From Macrostomum lignano (Eukaryota): DNA of 64,000 nt. The stretch is from contig NIVC01001416.1 of the NCBI GenBank assembly GCA_002269645.1, positions 62,001 to 126,000 of the forward strand. Direction: 5' to 3'. Made by a program: the position numbers and the translations under genes. Below the pieces are notes generated by a model. The model was not told where the DNA came from and did not search any database. It saw nothing but the letters and a program-made list of their open reading frames with translations. This document shows positions 36,291 to 46,985 of this stretch, piece by piece; positions within the stretch are counted from its first letter, which is position 1; each line of letters begins with the position of its first letter.

Positions 36291-38099
36291 GGCGCTTGGC
36301 GCCACGCGCCTGCGGCGCGCGCGCGCCGAGCGCCGATATCGATACGCGTATCGATCACCTCGGGGCGCCAGCCAATGAGAGGCGAGGAGGGTTGACACCC
36401 ACCCCACCTCCAAAACGCCCGGATCTGCCGGCCCTTAGTAGTGGGGATAATTGGCACAGCGGGAGGTCGAGAAAGTGTTGCGCAAGCAAAATTGAGAACA
36501 ATAGGGCTGGGATCGGGAACAAAGGAAATGGAAATCGGGTGAAGAGTTGATTCGGGAGGTGATCAGTCACCCGAAAACTCCCACTTCCAGACCCTAAGCC
36601 TGGGAACAAAATCAGTGATCACTTACTGTTGCGGGCTCCTCTTCTTTGTCGTGCGCGTCTGTAGAACTCGTCTCCGTAGAGCGGTTCCTCCCGGGGTGGT
36701 CTTCTTGAAGTCTAGAGTCGGCCGAAGGTGAGAGCGTAACAATTAAATCGACGTCGCAGTATTTCTCGAACGCAAATCAATATAGGCCTTAAACTCAGTA
36801 ATGAATATCAACGATGCGCCCTTATAACAAAATCAACTTTCTGTAATAACAACGAGGTCCTCCAAGAAGGGCGTCTTCTTCTAGATCTAACGGAATCGGA
36901 GTCGTGTGCTCCTATCGGTTAATCTAGGATAACCAAAATCAATCAATCGATAATCCTCTAAGGGTATCGGAATCGGTCCGCAGATCCTATCCAATCCCTT
37001 AGGAAAATAGGAGGCCTCAAATTCAATGAACTCAGTCAAATCGACTGGACAGTAGCGGCCGGCAATAAATCGCTCTCAAAATCAATAACAAAGGCTCGAG
37101 CAACGGCTCACCAATTGGTTTATCTCTCTCTCAGAGATATAGCCTCGCTTAGCTGTTCCAGCAAGCTCCAAGACCTTTAGAGGCTGCTCCGAGTCTGAGA
37201 TTTTTAGCTCGGATTTTAGCTTGTATTTATAGTAAAATTTTGGGGTAAACAGGTTATTTTGGGAAGGTGACTCATTTGCTTTTTGGAATTTTGACCTCTC
37301 GATAATTGAATAGAATACAACAGGTTTGCGCATCAATACCATATTTAGAATTCTATTTTTAGATGTTACATAAGATGATTACTCGTTGTTTTCGTGGTCT
37401 TCTAAAATAGTGTATGACAACTCGGAATTTTTAGATTCGCATTTTCGCATTTTTACGTTACTACTTATAGTAGTTTACTCTGTATCTTATTTGGAGATCT
37501 GTACACTGGGATAATTTGGGAAAATCGAGAACAATCGAAAAGTAAACATTGGAGAAAAGGTGCCAATTGGGTGCGAAAACGAGAACAAAAGCGAGAGAAA
37601 ATCCGGGAAATGTGATAATTGGGTGCGAAAAGGAGAACAAAAGAACCAAAAACGAGAACAATAGAAGCGGAGGTGGGGTTGGTGTCGCATGAGAAATTTG
37701 GGGAGGAGAACAATAGCATAAGAAAGGTTGCGCAAGAGGGGTGGTGAGTCATCGATGAGTCATCGAGGGGAAAGAGAGGTCACAAGGCTTGCGTCACCGT
37801 TTGGGAGTTTACTAAGGGTTGGGAGGCGGTGAGCGCACAAAGTACTGTGAGTAGGCACGGGAAGAAGGGGGGACAGCGCAGGAAAAACAGTCCAAAAGGA
37901 AAGAAAAAGAGGGATTTGGGGGAAAAGTACATAATAGATAGGCTAGAGCGCATAGGAAATAGAGTAGCGGGTGAGGGAGCAGAGGGGGATAGGGGCTCCG
38001 GAAAGGCTCGTGTGGTGGGGTGGGAGACGGAGCCGAGGCAGCAGGAGGCGCAGCAGAGCGGGAGTCAGCAGGCCTGGTCAAAGACCTGGCCCAGTCTCG

Positions 38100-38330
38100 A
38101 CAGCTCTGCTCAAGGGCTGCACCGAGATCGGAGGTACTTTTGAAAAATTTCCCCTGCCATATCCCGCGACCAGAGCGTGGTTACATCATTATTTCCATAG
38201 CGGGTCTCAGGGTGTGGTGGTAGACTGTAGGGACAAAGCATTGGCATGTCCCCATATCTTTTACTGGGAAGACAGGTTCCCCTTGACCTAACCGAAGGCG
38301 CGCCTTTTCCGCCTTCGAGCATCGTGTACG
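38100..38330 (+). mobile_element. Possible decayed Gypsy-type integrase C-terminal fragment
   Basis: SIGMSPYLLLGRQVPLDL at 38237-38290 resembles integrase STGxSPxxLLFGRxxxLPL. Stops nearby. Confidence 0.33.
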
Positions 38331-40881
38331 GGAAGCCGTGCCCGTGACTAGCACGAGAGCAGTCGATGGACGCACTGTACAGGTCCCTGCTGCGGTACGC
38401 GGGCTCGAGTAACCGGCCCTTAGCGTCACCCTGCTCCAGAGACGCCAGATGTTGCTGGGCAGCTGCCTGAGGAGCCACGAGGGCGGTGATCAGAACCCGC
38501 TGGCGCTGACTCCCTTGCCAAGGGTGAACTTTGCTTTTGTTCAAAGCTTTTCATGCTAACCTGAAAGCTGTCAAACTTTACCCCCACAGTCCGTTGGCAC
38601 ATCTCCCTCTCGTGTGCGCTCAAGGGCCGTGTCTTCTGCGAATATCTACTATTTATTAGCCATTGTGATGGTAGTGCTAAACAGCAATACATTTGGTGCT
38701 AATGAAGTTCCGGCTTTTTATGTCCTTGAACTTGAGACCAGGTATCCATGTGAAGTTTCAGGTACCTATCGATCTCCCTCGATAACTACACACAAAGGTG
38801 ACCGCAATGCCTTGGATGCCAAGTTTCGAGTGTATTGTAAGACATAAGCACAAAATATTTGCATGAGTCCCAGATGGTCCTTGGCGATGGCGAAGCGCTA
38901 GCGGTGAGGCGTTATAAACATTATATTGCATATTCGCAGGCACACCTCAAACACACTCTCACACATCCTCATCATCTCAGGCATGTACACTGGGTTTTTT
39001 GCATTCTGAGTCCAGAATCAGGCTGCTAAATTGAAAACCAGGATGCCAGCAGGCATCAGTCGAAAAAGTTCAAAATCTAATAAAACACCAACATCTCTAC
39101 CTTACCCTTTACACTGTTGAGCCTCTCTGACCCACAGAAGCGGCAGACATCTGCCAACTCCCATGTCTACAGATTGCTCAAATTTGAAAATTGATAGACA
39201 TCTTTTGTAGCAATACTAAGAGTCCCAATTAATACAAAATTAAGGGTATTACATGTACAAAATCCTAGCATGTACTCTCCGTTGTTCAAGGACCACTAGA
39301 AGTTACCGTCACCGTACCTTCTAGTGGTCCTTGTCCGAGTCCCTTGGGATTGGCTCTCATGGGTATTACTTGCACTACAGAATCCCGGCCACATTTTGAG
39401 AACGCAAACCTGAAATGATGTGGCTTGAAGTGGTGACTGACACGAAATATATCAGACTGCCTTCCTTAAAACATTTAATGAGACATTGCCTTTCTGTTAT
39501 GACTTTGTAAATCGACTTAGCATTTTAATCAATCTTGTGAATACACCCACAAGAGGTTTGAAAAGCTTTCAGATAGCTATCAGGTAGCTTTGTAGATAAA
39601 TCTACTAAAAGAGCCTTCCAAACAAATCTACTTTTATGCAAACACAAGAAACGAAAAAAAACGCTGAAACCTTTTCATATTAGACATAATCATAATTTAA
39701 ATTGAAGATCGGTTATTAAATTTTTATTGAATAGTATAAAATTTGGAATCAATGACAAGAAGCAGTTTTAAGTCTGATTCATTTTTAAAATCAACCAACG
39801 AAGTCGAATAGACAATATTTTTGAAGTCTTGCAGTTGTGCTCCTCAACTGTCGCTCTTGCCTGTCTTCTTGCCGATGTAGCAGACGTGCAAAAACAGAAT
39901 TCTTCGATCAAATCTGAAAAGGTAAAAACGTAGGAGATTTCGAAATTTTGTTATTTACGAAATATCTCTGCATAAGGCAATTGAATAGCTTTTCATTGAC
40001 CATACTCATAAATAGTGATTATCCCATTCAAAAATAAATTCACACGGTTTTTCACTCTTGGGTTAAACTTAAGGACTACTAAAGTCCAACGGTGCAAGGG
40101 TAACTTCTCAGTGATCCTGGGTTCAAATCTCTCAAGGGTCTGTAGGGGTGATAATTACTAGCTTCTGAATGTGAGATTGAAGCGTTGAAGCGTTCTTGAA
40201 GCAGAGATTCGAACTTGGGGTAGGCAGTAACTTTAAATCAATGTGTCATGCTGTTGAAACATTCGAATAGCATTATTAGGAAGCTCTATGTATACTACTT
40301 TCTGGTTTTATCTTTAGTAGTATAAGCGACCTCCTACTGATATGATAGACGGTACATGTAAAATTATATATTATTCTTATTTCAACGACATACATTCCAA
40401 AATAATTATATTTACTGTAGGCATGATTACATTGCAAGTAGCAATTGTTACTTTGAAGAAGGGCTTTGAGCAATTCCCCAAAATCAAAGACCACAGAAGG
40501 CACGCAGTGGTTCATTATGGGTTCAGTAGTGGTTCAGAACAATCCTTCTGTGGACCACAGAAGACCACAGAAGGCACCCATTCACCTGCCCCAGTACGCA
40601 GGCATGCAATCACAGAGGGTGTAAAGAGGACTTGACTTTATCACCGTCCTAAAACTGACCTGACGATTTTCATTTAAGATTCAATTCAGACTACTGAGAA
40701 AAGTAGACAAATAAAGATTTGAGTTGTAAAATTCCTCAAAAAGCCATTAAAGAACATCCTGCGCACACTAAGCTTGGCGGGAGAGAACGGTGTGTGGCTG
40801 TGGCTGACTGACGACAGACATTTTAGCGTGTCACAGTCAAGAAGTACACAGAAACTAAGAGCATTCCTACAGCTCGCTCAC

Positions 40882-41247
40882 CGAGACAATCCGTGCAGAC
40901 TTCTGGCCGGAAGAATGTCAGCATTGGGCGCCCATCTGCGGCATTCCTCTCGAGCTTGAGGAAAACTTCCTGGATAGATTTTCGTGTAGCACATCTGTAG
41001 GCTGGCACCGGGACCTCTGGAAATCGGCGACCAGGCGGCTGATGGACATCTGGTCCTGACGGTTTTCTCTTGAGCAGCATCAGCTGCATCATTCTTAGCT
41101 GTCTCCGGCTGCTGGACTCGCACTGGCGCCTTGCAAAAGTGAAAATGGCGCGCCTCAGGCTGGTAGGTGCGCCACAGCAGACGGGTCTCGGCGTCGACCA
41201 GCAAGCCGAAGTTCATGGGCGGGCGGCTGGGACCGACAAGCCAGCTT
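40882..41247 (-). CDS. Gene B exon 6 (end of CTLD-1, linker, start of CTLD-2)
   Basis: ACTGCAG| acceptor, phase 2. SWLVGPS...LLW...FHFCKAP, then CPSAAW...CY...SFPQAREEC. Donor CG|GTGAGC. Later exons unresolved. Confidence 0.7.
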
Positions 41248-41430
41248 CTGCAGTGCCGGCAGGAATGGAAATCACGCTTTAGTCAATCGTGAAGCATTCA
41301 CATGTAAGGCGTATGACCCAACTATGACAGAAGAGAGTGTTTGAATTCATGTCACACGGATTTGGGTTTCGGCCGGAAGGGATGGGGCTGCCTCACAATC
41401 CCACTTCAGGGAAATGGGGCCTATGGTTCT

Positions 41431-42840
41431 GGCGCCCCTGGTGCTAAAGCCCCTGGTGCTAAAGCCCCTGGTGCTAAAGCCCCTGGTGCTAAAGCCCCTG
41501 GTGCTAAAGCCCCTGGTGCTAAAGCCCCTGGTGCTAAAGCCCCTGGTGCTAAAGCCCCTGGTGCTAAAGCCCCTGGTGCTAAAGCCCCTGGTGCTAAAGC
41601 CCCTGGTGCTAAAGCCCCTGGTGCTAAAGCCCCTGGTGCTAAAGCCCCTGGTGCTAAAGCCCCTGGTGCTAAAGCCCCTGGTGCTAAAGCCCCTGGTGCT
41701 AAAGCCCCTGGTGCTAAAGCCCCTGGTGCTAAAGCCCCTGGTGCTAAAGCCCCTGGTGCTAAAGCCCCTGGTGCTAAAGCCCCTGGTGCTAAAGCCCCTG
41801 GTGCTAAAGCCCCTGGTGCTAAAGCCCCTGGTGCTAAAGCCCCTGGTGCTAAAGCCCCTGGTGCTAAAGCCCCTGGTGCTAAAGCCCCTGGTGCTAAAGC
41901 CCCTGGTGCTAAAGCCCCTGGTGCTAAAGCCCCTGGTGCTAAAGCCCCTGGTGCTAAAGCCCCTGGTGCTAAAGCCCCTGGTGCTAAAGCCCCTGGTGCT
42001 AAAGCCCCTGGTGCTAAAGCCCCTGGTGCTAAAGCCCCTGGTGCTAAAGCCCCTGGTGCTAAAGCCCCTGGTGCTAAAGCCCCTGGTGCTAAAGCCCCTG
42101 GTGCTAAAGCCCCTGGTGCTAAAGCCCCTGGTGCTAAAGCCCCTGGTGCTAAAGCCCCTGGTGCTAAAGCCCCTGGTGCTAAAGCCCCTGGTGCTAAAGC
42201 CCCTGGTGCTAAAGCCCCTGGTGCTAAAGCCCCTGGTGCTAAAGCCCCTGGTGCTAAAGCCCCTGGTGCTAAAGCCCCTGGTGCTAAAGCCCCTGGTGCT
42301 AAAGCCCCTGGTGCTAAAGCCCCTGGTGCTGAAGCCCCTGTTGCTAAAGCCCCTGTTGCTAAAGCCCCTGGTGCTAAAGCCCCTGGTGCTAAAGCCCCTG
42401 GTGCTAAAGCCCCTGGTGCTAAAGCCCCTGGTGCTAAAGCCCCTGGTGCTAAAGCCCCTGGTGCTAAAGCCCCTGGTGCTAAAGCCCCTGGTGCTAAAGC
42501 CCCTGGTGCTAAAGCCCCTGGTGCTAAAGCCCCTGGTGCTAAAGCCCCTGGTGCTAAAGCCCCTGGTGCTAAAGCCCCTGGTGCTAAAGCCCCTGGTGCT
42601 AAAGCCCCTGGTGCTAAAGCCCCTGGTGCTAAAGCCCCTGGTGCTAAAGCCCCTGGTGCTAAAGCCCCTGGTGCTAAAGCCCCTGGTGCTAAAGCCCCTG
42701 GTGCTAAAGCCCCTGGTGCTAAAGCCCCTGGTGCTAAAGCCCCTGGTGCTAAAGCCCCTGGTGCTAAAGCCCCTGGTGCTGAAGCCCCTGTTGCTAAAGC
42801 CCCTGTTGCTAAAGCCCCTGGTGCTAAAGCCCCTGGTGCT
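41431..42840. repeat. Near-perfect 15-bp minisatellite (aaagcccctggtgct), 93 units plus one variant, gene B intron 5
   Basis: Read directly. Confidence 0.98.
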
Positions 42841-43076
42841 GGCGCTCCTTAGATGAGGAAGGCAACTTTTGAAGGCAACGAATACCTGACTTCCCAAACC
42901 TATCCATGCCTTGATGAATAAAGTTCAGCTTTCGTAGCTTTCAAAAACGCGAAACAAATCAAATGTCTCAACTGCAGCTACTCGTAGGGAATAACTGAAT
43001 AGTCGCTAACTGAATAGGACTGGTATGTCCCAGTAGCTTCCCAGAGTGTCCCAGGCCACCTGCAACCAGAGCTCAC

Positions 43077-43434
43077 ACGCTGACGTTGATGCCGGAGTTG
43101 TCTCTGAGCCACTTGAACTTCCCTCCGTCTGCCTCGTCTCTGTACAGTCCGGTCCACGCCGCGTCTCCTTGAAACCTGCAGTCTCTGCACTGAGCTCTGT
43201 AGTCTTCTCTGAGTCTCCAGTTCCTTGCTGAGTAGTCCATCACCCAGTTCATCTCCGACTGAGATGTGATCCACAGCAGGTGAGCAGACGGGTCTCGTCT
43301 CTGACAGTCAGAAACTGCCGCTGTGAGGTTTCGTCCGTTGGATCCCTTGACCAGGAGGTAGCAGAAGCCATTGAATTGCAGCCAGTCTGCTGTCGCACAT
43401 GAACCTCTGTTTCCATCTGTGGGTAGGGCAGCCC
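43077..43434 (-). CDS. Gene B exon 5 (C-type lectin-like domain, N-terminal part)
   Basis: CATADWLQFNGFCYLL...AVSDCQ...AHLLWITSQSEMNWV...AWTGL...FKW; phase 1-2. Confidence 0.85.
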
Positions 43435-43790
43435 CTGACTTATAGTCCCAAATTTTTGCCAAAATTATCATCCGATACAGAGACCTCCTACTGCCTGATA
43501 AATTTATAATGACTGCAAATATCAGTCGCTTTTAAGAAGGCCTGCAATCAATTTACTGAGTCAGAAGTAAGAAGAAGAGTAAGAAGTCAAGGAAACTCAG
43601 TCAGTCAGTCACTGATATGTGATATAATTCCGACAAGTTAAAAATTTCGACATTGTGGAAGTCAAAAACGTTTGCCACAACTGCTCTGCCCTTCGAGTAT
43701 TTATCTGCATCAATGATTATGCTCAGGTAAATATTGTTTAATAAGATGCATGCAGGAAAACCGGTGGCACCGCAGCAGCCGAGCACTCAC

Positions 43791-44060
43791 TGGTCAGCTG
43801 ATTTGATAAAGCCGTGATGACGTCATCAAAGCCGCCTGCCTTCTTCACAGCCACCCGCAGCTCATATTCCTGTCCAGACTGCAGGGAGCCGCAGGTGGCA
43901 GACGGAGTGGGTGAAGACGCGGTCGAGACTTCACCTGAGCCGACTCGCTTGCAGGTGAGCTGGTACGAGACGCCAGAAGTGCTGGATGGCTGCCAAGTCA
44001 CGGAGATGGCGGTCTCATTGGAGCTGTACTGAGCTGAGCTGGGGTCAATGCCGAACAGCT
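43791..44060 (-). CDS. Gene B exon 4 (FN3 module)
   Basis: TTGCAG| acceptor and A|GTGAGT donor; 270 bp, phase 1-1. SVTW...YQLTC...LQSGQEYELRV. Confidence 0.85.
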
Positions 44061-44140
44061 CTGCAATGAAACGGACCCAATAGAAGCGAGCTGTGCCTCA
44101 TATGAGAGAAGCTGCAATGATTTACTGAGCTCCAACTCAC

Positions 44141-44413
44141 TGGTCAGCTGGATTGGCAGCCAGGTGACAACTTCATGGAAGCCGCCCTTCTTAGTGACAG
44201 CCACACTCAGGTTATAGGCCTCTCCTGACTGCACATTGCTGAAGGTGGCACTCAGATACTTTGATGGAGGCAGAGATGTTGAATTCTCTGTGCTGACTCG
44301 CCTGCAGGTCACCCGGTACAGAACTCCTTCAGTGATGGACGCCGCCCAAGTCAGGTGGATGGAAGTCTCCCTGACGCTTAAACTCACTAAGCTGGCGTCA
44401 ATCGGGAAGAGCT
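44141..44413 (-). CDS. Gene B exon 3 (FN3 module)
   Basis: CCGCAG| acceptor and A|GTGAGT donor; 273 bp, phase 1-1. HLTW...YRVTC...VQSGEAYNLSV. Confidence 0.85.
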
Positions 44414-45999
44414 CTGCGGTAGCGAGGTGGGTGGGCAGCTCCTGACTTTAAAGTCCCAATTTTTGTCTTATTATCATTTTACACCGGGACATGCCTGCCT
44501 GATAAATATCTAATGACTGCAAATGTTTGTTTTATAGCAAGTATAGAAATATAAGTGTTTCTCAAAATCAGTGAGCATTTCGAATCAATAATTTATTTCA
44601 TGTCGTGTGGTCTGTGGTGTGATATAATGTTAGCTAGTTAAACCAAAACTTGTTCTCAGTATTAGCAGCTACAAGAAAAAAACTTTAATGTGCAGTTTTC
44701 AAAACTGTATAAAATTGTAGACAAAAGTGGAAATGTTGCTGGAGACGTCATGAAAATTGGAAGGCTTTACTAACTCGAAGAATTCACCGTAGCTAATGGA
44801 GCAGCGACTGCTAATGGAGAGCAAGCTCTGAAATCACTGTAAAGACGGTCTCTGACTGTTTTTACCCTGGTTGCCTCTCTGGTAGCTCGTCTAAGGGTTG
44901 TGCGCAATCCGATTGGCCTAGCTTCGGCTAGCCCAATAACTAAGGGTCCGCCCCGGAGGGGCTGTGCCCATGCTAAAAATAAACCCTATTCTTTTTTCTA
45001 ACCAATAGAATTTCGGCCCTCGGCCTTGGTTTAGGGGGGGGGGGTGCCCGGAGTGAGTAGGTACTCTGGACTGCAGTGTGGCTAGGACGGAACTGAGCCC
45101 CCCGGTCGTACCCGCCCTGCAGGAAAGAAAATGACCAATTTACAAAGGTGCACGGTAGACCCAGTAGACTGCCAGCCCTGAGGCTGAGCCCTTTTTGGAG
45201 GCCTGCGTGGGTTCAGGTGCTCCTCCAGTTATGTTTTAGTCCTATTACAGTATTGGTTTTATCTAACCCCGGCCTATGTAGCCATCCAATCTTTCGGAGT
45301 AATGAGCTCTGCCCACTGCCCGGTCCACCCTGCTCTGTCCTTGGGTCCATCTACTGGCTCCTGCTGACGGTCCCTGCCCGCGTGTCTCTGGCTCTCATCC
45401 TGACAGTGGATTGGTGTCCTGGGAAGGATGTTCGTCCCGTACCGGGGACAACCGGCTGAGTCCGGTGTCATCTTGCCCCTGGTGCCTCTTCCCGACCCCT
45501 TGGCCTGGCCCCCAATAATGAGCTGGATAGGCGATGCCCTTGGGTTGGTAGCAATAGAGGTGTTGCGATATCCGCCTAGAGTCTCCCCCTCGGATACAAG
45601 CCTTCCAGACTCGCTCCAATAGTTAGCCCTTTCCAAGACTTCTGGGTTTCCCCGCTCTTGGACGGCTTTAAGTAGTATATATCCAATTCTGTTTTACGCG
45701 CACTCCCGAGGACTTGTCTGCTGGGGGGGGGGGTAGCCTGGGTGGACTCGGTCCTAGCACCGTCCCTGATTCCACTGTTGGTTTGGCGGTGTCTTGTACC
45801 GTAGGCTTGGGTCAACTTCGCCCTCCCGCGCTTTATGCCGGGCCAAATCTCCATCTCTTCGGGGTATCTCGGGCTCTAAAAACAGCTAATGCTGTGCCCC
45901 TGGCAGTGCCCCTCGCGGCAGAGCACTTCCATGTGGCTGATCCGCGGGTCCCCCTTAGGACCCTTTCGTTTAACAAACAAACAAAACTGTTTCGTTTCG

Positions 46000-46175
46000 A
46001 GTCACTGTTTCGAGGAAGCATAGTCGAAGGAATCGCAATGGATAAAAGCAGCGTGCAGGCTGACGGCATCTCATTTTGTAAGGCATGCGTGGAAGGCAAA
46101 ATGCACAAAAAACCATTTGGGAAAGGTGAGAGTTCAATGTGCAACGAATTGGTGTCTCTGATTCACAGCGGTGCA
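46000..46175 (+). mobile_element. Ty1/Copia fragment (GAG-pre-integrase region and integrase start)
   Basis: CKACVEGKMHKKPF...LVSLIHS matches the Copia CxxCxxGKxxRxPF...LxLIHSD pattern. Confidence 0.75.
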
Positions 46176-46194
46176 AATAAAGGAAACCACATCG

Positions 46195-46330
46195 ATTGGA
46201 GCTGGCGTCGATGCCAACAGCTCTGCAATGAAACGGACCCAATAGACCACATCAAAGCAACCTCATGAGAGCAGCTGCAATCATTTAATGAGCTCTATAT
46301 CACTCGTCAGATGGATTGGCTGAGTGACAC
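46195..46330 (-). pseudogene. Relic FN3 exon-intron-exon junction inside gene B intron 2
   Basis: Similar to 44045-44170 (cagctctgcaatgaaacggacccaataga...cactcgtcagatggattggc); frameshifted LF-GIDAS start. Confidence 0.7.
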
Positions 46331-46491
46331 TGGACTGAGTGCACTTACGATTTATTTTCAAAAGGCTGATAAACTCCTCTAGTGATTTAATATCAACCAA
46401 AGAAGCCTAGAGGTCACACATGGATGACTGAGTGTTGTAAATACTTTATAAAACATATCATTAAAAGGTAATTAATATTTTTGGAGCTCAC

Positions 46492-46713
46492 TGGTCAAAG
46501 CTGTGCCATGAATGAAAGGTGCAGGCGGGAACCCAGTCTTGACGGGTCTCACTGTGACAGTGACAGAGGCTCCGGATGGCTGGCCTGTGCACACAGCGGT
46601 TGTGTCTGGCACTCTGCCAGCGCAGCTGACTTCATACTCGACTCCGACATCGGGAGAGGCCGCCCACCGGGCTCTGAAGCTCGTCTCCGTCACATCCGAG
46701 ATGTGCACTCGTC
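46492..46713 (-). CDS. Gene B exon 2 (short FN3 module, paralog of gene A exon 2)
   Basis: 222 bp, phase 1-1, near-identical to 28690-28911. Confidence 0.75.
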
Positions 46714-46985
46714 CTGGGACTTTGTTGAGATCTGCAATTGTGTTGGGACTTGCTAAACTGATGTTTTAAAGTTTCGCGAGGTTTGGTACTTAAGCAGTAT
46801 TAAATTAGCAACAATTTTTATTTTTAATAGTAACTGAATCATCTAATAATCAAATTAAGATTAGTTAGAGTCAAAATTCAAAATGAATTTATTCAGAAAT
46901 CCAGGTGGCCAGGTGTGGCAGCCAATGGCGCACCCGAGGCTGCGTGCATTTTGCACTGAATGACCCGCACAGTTTTCATTCTCAC

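Noticed and set aside
38614-38847. 77-aa ORF with a hydrophobic stretch
   Set aside because: No ATG start or homology; short enough to arise by chance.
39075-39160. Further candidate gene B exon (CTGTAG|...|GTAAG)
   Set aside because: Splice sites are plausible, but no frame gives lectin, FN3 or TM features.
41341-42897. (GAKAP)n, (KPLVL)n and (STRGF)n proteins of ~500 aa
   Set aside because: A 15-bp unit leaves four frames open automatically; there is no synonymous variation, and the array lies in an intron.
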